Source of the DNA: Narcine bancroftii
Taxonomy: Eukaryota
Direction: 5' to 3'
Assembly: GCF_036971445.1 (NCBI RefSeq)
Contig: NC_091476.1
Coordinates: forward strand, 82,026,001-82,090,000
Length of the DNA: 64,000 bases
Shown: piece by piece, positions 25,010 to 36,800 of the stretch
How the letters are laid out: every line of letters begins with the position of its first letter
How positions within the stretch are numbered: position 1 is the first letter of the stretch
Notes under the pieces: generated by a model
What the model was told of the DNA's origin: nothing
The model's input: only the letters and a program-made list of their open reading frames with translations
Database searches by the model: none
Program-made: the position numbers and the translations under genes

Positions 25010-28000
25010 GGTGCTTTGCTCGGTGAGACTGGAAGGGGCTTTGCTCGGTGTGACGGGACGGAGATTTGCTCGGTGTGACCGGACGGGGTTTGCTCGGTGT
25101 GACGGTACGGGTGTGCCAGGACGCGGCCTTGCTCCGTGTGAGGGGACGTGGATTCCTCCGTGTGAGGGGACGTGGTTTCCTCCGTGTAACGGGACGGCGC
25201 TTCGCTCCGTGTGACAGGACTGGGCTTCGCTCCGTGTGCCAGGACGCGGCCTTGCTCCGTGTGCCAGGACGCGGCCTTGCTCCGTGTGAGGGGACGGGGT
25301 TTCCTCCGTGTGACGGGATGTGGTTTGCTCCGTGTAAGGCACGGGGCTTTGTTCCGATTGACGGGACGCAGCTTCGCTCTGTGTGACGGGAGTGGACGAG
25401 GCTTTGCTCTGTGTGACGGGACAGGGCCTCGCTCTTTGTGACGGGTTGGGGCTTTACTCTGTGTCCCTGCCATGGGTGTGTGTGAAGGGTTGTGGCTTTG
25501 CTCTGTGTGCCCACCCCAGGTGTGTGTGATGGGACGGGGCTTTGCTCGGCGTGACGGGACGGGGCTTTGCTCGGCGTGACGGGACGGGGCTTTGCTCGGT
25601 GTGACTGGAAGGGGCTTTGCTCGGTGTGACGGAACGGGGCTTTGGTCGGTGTGACGGGACGGGGCTTCGCTCTTTGTGACAGGACGGGGCTTCGCTCTGT
25701 ATGACGGGACGGGGATTTGCTCTGGGTGACGGGACGGGGCTTTACTCTGAGTGATGGTAATGGACTTCACTCTGTCTCCCCGCCCAGGAGTGTGTGAAGG
25801 ATTGGGGCTTTGTTCTGTGTCCCCGCCCCAGGTGTGTGTGACATGACGGGACATTGCTCTGTTTGACGGGAAGGGGCTTTGCTCTCTGTGACGGGTCGGG
25901 GCGAGGCTATGCTCTGTGTGACGGGACGGTGATAGGCTTTGCTCTGTGTGGCGGGACAAGGGATACCTCTTTGTGACGGGTCGGGGCTTCGCTGCGCGTG
26001 ACGGGACGGGGCTACGCTCTGCGTGACGTGACGGGGCTTCGCTCTGTGTGACGGGACAGGGCTTCGCTCTGTGTGACGGAATGGGGCGAGACTTTGCTCT
26101 GTGTGACAGGACGGGGCTTTGCTCTGTGTGCTGGTAATGGACTTCACTCTGTCTCCCCTCCCAGTAGTGTGTGCAGGATTGGGGCTTTACTCTGTGTCCC
26201 CGTCCCAGGTGTGTGTGACGTGACGGGACATTGCTTTGTGTGACGGGAAGGGGCTTTGCTCGGCGTGACGGGACGGGGATTCGCTCTGCGTGACGGGACG
26301 GTGCTTCGCTCTGTGTGACGGGACGGGGCTTCGCTCTTTGTGACGGGACGGGGCTTCGCACTTTTTGTCGGGACGGAGCTTCGCTCTTTGTTACAGGACG
26401 GGGCTTCGCTCTTTGTGACGATACGGGGCTTCGCTCTTTGTGACGGGACGGGGCTTCGCTCTGTGTGACGGGACGGGGCTTTACTCTGTGTCCCTGCCCC
26501 GGTAGGGTGTGACGGGTTGGGGCTTTGCTCTGTGTCCCCGCCCCAGGTTTGTATGATGGGACTGGGCGTCACACGGTGTGACGGGACGGGGTTTCACTCT
26601 TGTGAAGGGACGTGGCTTCGCTCTTGTGACGGGAAGGGGCTTTACTCTGTGTCCCTGCCCCGGTAGGGTGTGACGGGTTGGGGCTTTGCTCTGTGTGACG
26701 GGACGTGGCTTTGCTAGGTGTGACGGGACGTGGCTTTGCTCGGTTTGACGGGACGTGGCTTTGCTCGGTGAGACTAGAAGGGGCTTTGCTCGGTGTGACG
26801 GGACGGGTCTTTGCTCGACGTGACGGGACGGGGCTTCGCTCGGTGTGACGGGACGGGGCTTCGCTCATTGTGACGGGACGGGGCTTCGCTCTTTGTGACG
26901 GGAGGGGACGGTGCTTCTCTCTTTATGACGGTACGGGGCTTCTCTCCTCGTGACGGTACGCGGCTTCTATCCTTGTGACGTGAGGGGGCTTCTCTCCTTG
27001 TGACGGGACGCGGCTTCTCTCCTTGTTACGGGACGGGGCGTCTCTCCTTGTGACGGGGCGGGGCTTCTCTCCTCGTGATGGGACGCGGCTTCTCTCCTAG
27101 TGACGGGACGGGCTTTGCTCTTTGTGACGGGAGGGGATTCGCTCTTTGTGTCGGGACGGGGCTTCGCTCTTTGTGAAGGGACGGGGTTTCGCTCTTTGTG
27201 ACGGGATGGGGCTTCGCTCTTTGTGACGGGACGGGGCTTCGCTCTGTGTGACAGGACGTGGCTTTGCTCGGCGTGACGGGACGGGGCTTCGCTCTGTGTG
27301 ACTGGAAGGGGCTTCGCTCGGTGTGACGGTCGGGGCTTTGCTCGGTATGACGGGACGGGGCTTCGCTCGGCGTGACGGGACGGGGCTTCGCTCTGTGTGA
27401 CAGAACAGGGATTTGCTCTGTGTGACGGGATGGGGCTTTGCTCTGAGTGATGGTAATGGACTTCACTCTGTCTCCCCGCCCAGGAGTGTGTGAAAGATTG
27501 GGGCTAAGCTCTGTGTCCCCGCCCCAGGTGTGTGTGACATGACGGGACATTGCTCTGTTTGACGGGAAGGGGCTTTGATCTCTGTGACGGGTCGGGGCGA
27601 GTCTTTGCTCTGTGTGACGGGACGGTGCTAGGCTTTGCTCTATGTGGCTGGACAGGGCTTCGCTCTTTGTCACGGGACTGGGCTTTACTGTGTGTCCCTG
27701 CCCCGGTAGGGTGTGACGGGTTGGGGCTTTGCTCTGTGTCCCCGCCCCAGGTTTGTATGATGGGACGGGGCGTCACACCGTGTGACAGGAAGGGCCTACG
27801 CTCCATGTGCCGGGTCGGGGCTTCGCTCCCTGTGACGTGTCGGGGCTTCACTGCGCGTGACGGGACGTGGCTTCGCTCCGCGTGACGGGACGGCTCTTCG
27901 CTCTGTGTGATGGGCTCCGTCTTCACTCTGTGTGACGGGACGGGGCTTCTCACTGTGTGATGGGACGGGGCTTCGTTCTCGTCACGGGACGGGGCTTCGC

Positions 28001-31000
28001 ACTTTGTGTCGGGACGGGGCTTCGCTCTTCGTGACGGGACGGGGATTCGGTCTTTGTGACGGAGTGTGTGATGGGACGGGGCTTCACTGCGCGTGATGGG
28101 ACTGGGCTTTGCTCGGCGTGACGGGACGGTGCTTTGCTCGGTGTGACGGGACGGTGCTTTGCTCGGTGAGACTAGAAGGGGCTTTGCTCGGTGTGACGGG
28201 ACTGGGCTTTGCTCGATGTTACTGGACGGGGCTTTGCTCGGTGTGATGGGACGGGGCTGTGCTCGGTGTGACGGGACGGGGCTTTGCTCTGTGTGACGGG
28301 ACGGTGCTTTGCTCGGTGAGACTGGAAGGGGCTTTGCTCGGTGTGACGGGACGGAGATTTGCTGGGTGTGACCGGACGGGGTTTGCTCGGTGTGACGGTA
28401 CGGGTGTGCCAGGACGCGGCCTTGCTCCGTGTGAGGGGACGTGGTTTCCTCCGTGTGAGGGGACGTGGTTTCCTCCGTGTAACGGGACGGCGCTTCGCTC
28501 CGTGTGACAGGACTGGGCTTCGCTCCGTGTGCCAGGACGCGGCCTTGCTCCGTGTGCCAGGACGCGGCCTTGCTCCGTGTGAGGGGACGGGGTTTCCTCC
28601 GTGTGACGGGATGTGGTTTGCTCCGTGTAAGGCACGGGGCTTTGTTCCGATTGACGGGACGCAGCTTCGCTCTGTGTGACGGGAGTGGACGAGGCTTTGC
28701 TCTGTGTGACGGGACAGGGCCTCGCTCTTTGTGACGGGTTGGGGCTTTACTCTGTGTCCCTGCCATGGGTGTGTGTGAAGGGTTGTGGCTTTGCTCTGTG
28801 TGCCCACCCCAGGTGTGTGTGATGGGACGGGGCTTTGCTCGGCGTGACGGGACGGGGCTTTGCTCGGCGTGACGGGACGGGGCTTTGCTCGGTGTGACTG
28901 GAAGGGGCTTTGCTCGGTGTGACGGAACGGGGCTTTGCTCGGTGTGACGGGACGGGGCTTCGCTCTTTGTGACAGGACGGGGCTTCGCTCTGTATGACGG
29001 GACGGGGATTTGCTCTGGGTGACGGGACGGGGCTTTACTCTGAGTGATGGTAATGGACTTCACTCTGTCTCCCCGCCCAGGAGTGTGTGAAGGATTGGGG
29101 CTTTGTTCTGTGTCCCCGCCCCAGGTGTGTGTGACATGACGGGACATTGCTCTGTTTGACGGGAAGGGGCTTTGCTCTCTGTGACGGGTCGGGGCGAGGC
29201 TATGCTCTGTGTGACGGGACGGTGATAGGCTTTGCTCTGTGTGGCGGGACAAGGGATACCTCTTTGTGACGGGTCGGGGCTTCGCTGCGCGTGACGGGAC
29301 GGGGCTACGCTCTGCGTGACGTGACGGGGCTTCGCTCTGTGTGACGGGACAGGGCTTCGCTCTGTGTGACGGAATGGGGCGAGACTTTGCTCTGTGTGAC
29401 AGGACGGGGCTTTGCTCTGTGTGCTGGTAATGGACTTCACTCTGTCTCCCCTCCCAGTAGTGTGTGCAGGATTGGGGCTTTACTCTGTGTCCCCGTCCCA
29501 GGTGTGTGTGACGTGACGGGACATTGCTTTGTGTGACGGGAAGGGGCTTTGCTCGGCGTGACGGGACGGGGATTCGCTCTGCGTGACGGGACGGTGCTTC
29601 GCTCTGTGTGACGGGACGGGGCTTCGCTCTTTGTGACGGGACGGGGCTTCGCACTTTTTGTCGGGACGGAGCTTCGCTCTTTGTTACAGGACGGGGCTTC
29701 GCTCTTTGTGACGATACGGGGCTTCGCTCTTTGTGACGGGACGGGGCTTCGCTCTGTGTGACGGGACGGGGCTTTACTCTGTGTCCCTGCCCCGGTAGGG
29801 TGTGACGGGTTGGGGCTTTGCTCTGTGTCCCCGCCCCAGGTTTGTATGATGGGACTGGGCGTCACACGGTGTGACGGGACGGGGTTTCACTCTTGTGAAG
29901 GGACGTGGCTTCGCTCTTGTGACGGGAAGGGGCTTTACTCTGTGTCCCTGCCCCGGTAGGGTGTGACGGGTTGGGGCTTTGCTCTGTGTGACGGGACGTG
30001 GCTTTGCTAGGTGTGACGGGACGTGGCTTTGCTCGGTTTGACGGGACGTGGCTTTGCTCGGTGAGACTAGAAGGGGCTTTGCTCGGTGTGACGGGACGGG
30101 GCTTTGCTCGACGTGACGGGACGGGGCTTCGCTCGGTGTGACGGGACGGGGCTTCGCTCATTGTGACGGGACGGGGCTTCGCTCTTTGTGACGGGAGGGG
30201 ACGGTGCTTCTCTCTTTATGACGGTACGGGGCTTCTCTCCTCGTGACGGTACGCGGCTTCTATCCTTGTGACGTGAGGGGGCTTCTCTCCTTGTGACGGG
30301 ACGCGGCTTCTCTCCTTGTTACGGGACGGGGCGTCTCTCCTTGTGACGGGGCGGGGCTTCTCTCCTCGTGATGGGACGCGGCTTCTCTCCTAGTGACGGG
30401 ACGGGCTTTGCTCTTTGTGACGGGAGGGGCTTCGCTCTTTGTGTCGGGACGGGGCTTCGCTCTTTGTGAAGGGACGGGGTTTCGCTCTTTGTGACGGGAT
30501 GGGGCTTCGCTCTTTGTGACGGGACGGGGCTTCGCTCTGTGTGACAGGACGTGGCTTTGCTCGGCGTGACGGGACGGGGCTTCGCTCTGTGTGACTGGAA
30601 GGGGCTTCGCTCGGTGTGACGGTCGGGGCTTTGCTCGGTATGACGGGACGGGGCTTCGCTCGGCGTGACGGGACGGGGCTTCGCTCTGTGTGACAGAACA
30701 GGGATTTGCTCTGTGTGACGGGATGGGGCTTTGCTCTGAGTGATGGTAATGGACTTCACTCTGTCTCCCCGCCCAGGAGTGTGTGAAAGATTGGGGCTTA
30801 GCTCTGTGTCCCCGCCCCAGGTGTGTGTGACATGACGGGACATTGCTCTGTTTGACGGGAAGGGGCTTTGATCTCTGTGACGGGTCGGGGCGAGTCTTTG
30901 CTCTGTGTGACGGGACGGTGCTAGGCTTTGCTCTATGTGGCTGGACAGGGCTTCGCTCTTTGTCACGGGACTGGGCTTTACTGTGTGTCCCTGCCCCGGT

Positions 31001-31500
31001 AGGGTGTGACGGGTCGGGGCTTCGCTCCCTGTGACGTGTCGGGGCTTCACTGCGCGTGACGGGACGTGGCTTCGCTCCGCGTGACGGGACGGCTCTTCGC
31101 TCTGTGTGATGGGCTCCGTCTTCACTCTGTGTGACGGGACGGGGCTTCTCACTGTGTGATGGGACGGGGCTTCGTTCTCGTGACGGGACGGGGCTTCGCA
31201 CTTTGTGTCGGGACGGAGCTTCGCTCTTCGTGACGGGACGGGGATTCGGTCTTTGTGACGGAGTGTGTGATGGGACGGGGCTTCACTGCGCGTGACGGGA
31301 CTGGGCTTTGCTCGGCGTGACGGGACGGTGCTTTGCTCGGTGTGACGGGACGGTGCTTTGCTCGGTGAGACTAGAAGGGGCTTTGCTCGGTGTGACGGGA
31401 CTGGGCTTTGCTCGATGTTACTGGACGGGGCTTTGCTCGGTGTGATGGGACGGGGCTGTGCTCGGTGTGACGGGACGGGGCTTTGCTCTGTGTGACGGGA
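25010..31500 (+). repeat. Tandem duplication of a 3293-bp higher-order unit; second copy has a 94-bp deletion near 31010
   Basis: ORF pairs 25066/28359, 25767/29060, 26144/29437 and 27026/30319 differ by 3293, then 28172/31371 by 3199; shared private variants TTGCTAGGTG (about 26711 and 30004) and GCTCTATGTGGCTG (about 27637 and 30930). Confidence 0.88.
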
Positions 31501-31619
31501 CGCGGCTTCTCTCGGTGAGACGGGACGGGGCTTCGCTCTTTGTGACAGACCGGGGCTTCACTCTTTGTGACGGGATGGGGCTTCGTCTTTGTGACGGGAC
31601 GGGGCTTCTCTCCTTGTGA

Positions 31620-33885
31620 CGGGACGGGGCTTCTCTCCTTGTGACGGGATGGGGCTTTGCTCTTTGTGACGGGACTGGGCTTCACGCTGATTCGCTGCCA
31701 TGGGAGTGTGTGACGGGAAGGTGCTTCGCTCTGTATGAACGGTATGGGGCGAGGCTTTGCTCTGTGTGACGGGAAGGGGCTTTGCTCGGCGTGACGGGAC
31801 GGGGCTTCGCTCTGTGTGACGGGACGGTGCTTCGCTCTGTGTGAGGGGACGGGGCATCGCTCTTTGTGACGGGACGGGGCTTCGCACTTTTTGTCGGGAC
31901 GGGTCTTCGCTCTTTGTTACAGGACGTGGCTTCGCTCTGTGTGACGGGACGTGGCTTTGCTCGGTGTGACGGGACGGGGCTTCGCTCTGTGTGACTGGAA
32001 GGGGCTTCGCTCGGTGTGACAGACCGGGGCTTCACTCTTTGTGACGGGACGGGGCTTCGCTCTGTGTGACAGAACAGGTATTTGCTCTGTGTGACGGGAT
32101 GGGGCTTTGCTCTGAGTGATGGTAATGGACTTCACTCTGTCTCCCCGCCCAGGAGTGTGTGAAAGATTGGGGCTTAGGTCTATGTCCCCGCCCCAGGTGT
32201 GTGTGACATGACGGGACATTGCTCTGTTTGACGGGAAGGGGCTTTGATCTCTGTGACGGGTCGGGGCGAGGCTTTGCTCTGTGTGACGGGACGGTGCTAG
32301 GCTTTGCTCTGTGTGGCTGGACAGGGCTTCGCTCTTTGTCACGGGACTGGGCTTTACTGTGTGTCCCTGCCCCGGTAGGGTGTGACGGGTTGGGGCTTTG
32401 CTCTGTGTCCCCGCCCCAGGTTTGTATGATGGGACGGGGCGTCACACCGTGTGACAGGAAGGGCCTACGCTCCATGTGACGGGTCGGGGCTTCGCTCCCT
32501 GTGACGTGTCGGGGCTTCACTGCGCGTGACGGGACGGGGCTTCGCTCCGCGTGACGGGACGGCTCTTCGCTCTGTGTGATGGGCTCCGTCTTCACTCTGT
32601 GTGACGGGACGGGGCTTCTCACTGTGTGATGGGACGGGGCTTCGTTCTCGTGACAGGACGGGGCTTCGCACTTTGTGTCGGGACGGGGCTTCGCTCTTCG
32701 TGACGGGACGGGGATTCGGTCTTTGTGACGGAGTGTGTGACGGGACGGGGCTTCACTGCGCGTGACGGGACTTGGCTTTGCCTGGCGTGACGGGACGGTG
32801 CTTTGCTCGGTGTGACGGGACGGTGCTTTGCTCGGTGAGACTAGAAGGGGCTTTGCTCGGTGTGACGGGACTGGGCTTTGCTCGATGTGACTGGACGGGG
32901 CTTTGCTCGGTGTGATGGGACGGGGCTGTGCTCGGTGTGACGGGACGGGGCTTTGCTCTGTGTGACGGGACGCGGCTTTGCTCGGTGTGACTGGACGGGG
33001 CTTCGCTCTTTGTGACAGACCGGGGCTTCACTCTTTGTGACGGGATGGGGCTTCGCTCTTTGTGACGGGACGGGGCTGCTCTCCTTGTGACGGGATGGGG
33101 CTTTGCTCTTTGTGACGGGACTGGGCTTCACGCTGTGTCGCTGCCATGGGAGTGTGTGACGGGAAGGGTCTTCGCTCTGTATGAACGGTATGGGGCGAGG
33201 CTTTGCTCTGTGTGGCGGGACATTGCTTCGCTCTTTGTGACGGGACGGGGCTTTACTGTGTGTCCCTGCCCCGGTAGGGTGTGACGGGTTGGGGCTTTGC
33301 TCTGTGTCCCCGCCACAGGTTTGTATGATGGGACGGGGCGTCACACCGTGTGACGGGAAGGGGCTACGCTCCGTGTGACGGGTCGGTGCTTGGCTCCCTG
33401 TGACGGGACGGGGCTTCGTTGCGTGTGAGGGGACGGGGTTTCGCTCTGTGTGACGGGACGGGGCTTTGCTCTGTGTGCCAGGACGCGGCCTTGCTCCGTG
33501 TGAGGGGATGGGGTTTCCTCCGTGTGACGGGACGTGGCTTGCTCCGTGTAAGGCACGGCGCTTTGTTCCGAGTGACAGCTTCGCTCTTTGTGACGGGACG
33601 GGGCTTCTCTCTGTGTGACGGGACGGGGCTTTGCTCGCTGTAACGGGACGGAGCTTTGCTCGCTGTAACGGGACGGGGCTTTGCTCGGTGTGACGGGACC
33701 GTGCTTCGCTCGGTGTGACAGGACGGTGCTTCGCTCGGTGTGACGGGACGGGGCTTCGCTCCGTGTGACGGGACGGGGCTTCGCTCTGTGTGACGGAATA
33801 GGGATTTTCTCTGTGTGACCGGACGGGGCTTTACTCTGAGTGATGGTAATGGACTTCACTCTGTCTCCCCGCCCAGGAGTGTGTG
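31620..33885 (+). repeat. About 2.3-kb block duplicated at about 55614-57879 (offset 23994)
   Basis: ORF pairs 31682/55676, 32032/56026, 32753/56747, 33087/57081 and 33341/57335 all differ by 23994; shared rare variants TTTGCCTGGCG and GGACATTGCTTCG. Confidence 0.83.
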
Positions 33886-36800
33886 AAAGATTGGGGGCTT
33901 AGCTCTGTGTCCCCGCCCCAGGTGTGTGTGACATGACGGGACATTGCTCTGTTTGACGGGAAGGGGCTTTGATCTCTGTGACGGGTCGGGGCGAGGCTTT
34001 GCTCTGTGTGACGGGACGGTGCTAGGCTTTGCTCTGTGTGGCTGGACAGGGCTTCGCTCTTTGTCACGGGACTGGGCTTTACTGTGTGTCCCTGCCCCGG
34101 TAGGGTGTGACGGGTTGGGGCTTTGCTCTGTGTCCCCGCCCCAGGTTTGTATGATGGGACGGGGCGTCACACCGTGCGACAGGAAGGGCCTACGCTCCAT
34201 GTGACGGGTCGGGGCTTCGCTCCCTGTGACGTGTCGGGGCTTCACTGCGCGTGACGGGACGGGGCTTCGCTCCGCGTGACGGGACGGCTCTTCGCTCTGT
34301 GTGATGGGCTCCGTCTTCACTCTGTGTGACGGGACGGGGCTTCTCACTGTGTGATGGGACGGGGCTTCGTTCTCGTGACGGGACGGGGCTTCGCACTTTG
34401 TGTCGGGACGGGGCTTCGTCTTCGTGACGGGACGGGGATTCGGTCTTTGTGACGGAGTGTGTGACGGGACGGGGCTTCACTGCGCGTGACGGGACTTGGC
34501 TTTGCTCGGCGTGACGGGACGGTGCTTTGCTCGGTGTGACGGGACGATGCTTTGCTCGGTGAGACTAGAAGGGGCTTTGCTCGGTGTGACGGGACTGGGC
34601 TTTGCTCGATGTGACTGGACGGGGCTTTACTCGGTGTGATGGGACGGGGCTGTGCTCGGTGTGACGGGATGGGGCTTTGCTCTGTGTGACGGGACGCGGC
34701 TTTGCTCGGTGTGACGGGACGGGGCTTCGCTCTTTGTGACAGACCGGGGCTTCACTCTTTGTGACGGGATGGGGCTTCGCTCTTTGTAACGGGACGGGGC
34801 TTCTCTCCTTGTGACGGGACGGGGCTTCTCTCCTTGTGACGGGATGGGGCTTTGCTCTTTGTGACGGGACTGGGCTTCACGCTGTGTCGCTGCCATGGGA
34901 GTGTGTGACGGGAAGGGTCTTCGCTCTGTATGAACGGTATGGGGCGAGGCTTTGCTCTGTGTGGCGGGACAGGGCTTCGCTCTTTGTGACGGGACGGGGC
35001 CTTACTGTGTGTCCCTGCCCCGGTAGGGTGTGACGGGTTGGGGCTTTGCTCTGTGTCCCCGCCACAGGTTTGTATGATGGGACGGGGCGTCACACCGTGT
35101 GACGGGAAGGGGCTACGCTCCGTGTGACGGGTCGGTGCTTGGCTCCCTGTGACGGGACGGGGCTTCGCTGCGTGTGAGGGGACGGGGTTTCGCTCTGTGT
35201 GACGGGACGGGGCTTTGCTCCGTGTGCCAGGACGCGGCCTTGCTCCGTGTGAGGGGATGGGGTTTCCTCCGTGTGACGGGACGTGGCTTGCTCCGTGTAA
35301 GGCACGGCGCTTTGTTCCGAGTGACAGCTTCGCTCTTCGTGACGGGACTGGGCTTCTCTCTGTGTGACGGGACGGGGCTTTGCTCGCTGTAACGGGACGG
35401 GGTTTGATCGCTGTAACGGGACGGGGCTTTGCTCGGCGTGACGGGACCGTGCTTCGCTCGGTGTGACAGGACGGGGCTTCGCTCGGTGTGACGGGACGGG
35501 GCTTCGCTCTGTGTGACGGAATAGGGATTTGCTCTGTGTGACCGGACGGGGCTTTACTCTGAGTGATGGTAATGGACTTCACTCTGTCTCCCCGCCCAGG
35601 AGTGTGTGAAGGATTGGGGCTTTGCTCTGTGTCCCCGCCCCAGGTGTGTGTGACGTGACTGGACATTGCTCTGTGTGACGGGAAGGGGCTTTGCTCTCTG
35701 TGAGGGGACGGTGCTAGGCTTTGCTCTGTGTTGCGGTACGGGGCTTCGCTCCCTGTGATGGGTCGGGGCTTCGCTGCGAGTGACGGTATGGGGCTTCGCT
35801 CGGTGTGACGGGACGGGGCTTCGCTCGGTGTGACAGGACGGCGCTTCGCTCCGTGTGACACGACGGGGCTTCGCTCCGTGTGCAAGGACGCGGCCTTGCT
35901 CCGTGTGAGGGGACGGGGTTTCCTCCGTGTGACCGGACGTGGCTTGCTCCGTGTAAGGCACGGGTCATTGTTCCGATTGACGGGACGCAGCTTCGCTCTG
36001 TGTGACGGGAGTGGACGAGGCTTTGCTCTGTGTGACCGGACAGGGATTCACAATTCGTGACGGTACGGGGCTTCGCTCTTTGTAACGGGACGGGGCTTCG
36101 CTCTGTGTGACGGGACAGGAGTTTGCTTGGCGTGACGGGAGGGGCTTCGCTCTTTGTGTCGGGACGGGGCTTCGCTCTTTGTGAAGGGACGGGGTTTCGC
36201 TCTTTGTGACGGGATGGGGCTTCGGTCTTTGTGACGGGATGGGGCTTCGCTCTGTGTGACAGGACGTGGCTTTGCTCGGCGTGACGGGACGGGGCTTCGC
36301 TCTGTGTGACTGGAAGGGGCTTCGCTCGGTGTGACGGTCGGGGCTTTGCTCGGTATGACGGGACGGGGCTTCGCTCGGCGTGACGGGACTGGGCTTCGCT
36401 CTGTGTGACAGAACAGGGATTTGCTCTGTGTGACGGGATGGGGCTTTGCTCTGAGTGATTGTAATGGACTTCACTCTGTCTCCCCGCCCAGGAGTGTGTG
36501 AAAGATTGGGGCTTAGCTCTGTGTCCCCGCCCCAGGTGTGTGTGACATGACGGGACATTGCTCTGTTTGACGGGAAGGGGCTTTGATCTCTGTGACGGGT
36601 CGGGGCGAGTCTTTGCTCTGTGTGACGGGACGGTGCTAGGCTTTGCTTTGTGTGGCTGGACAGGGCTTCGCTCTTTGTCACGGGACTGGGCTTTACTGTG
36701 TGTCCCTGCCCCGGTAGGGTGTGACGGGTTGGGGCTTTGCTCTGTGTCCCCGCCCCAGGTTTGTATGATGGGACGGGGCGTCACACCGTGTGACAGGAAG

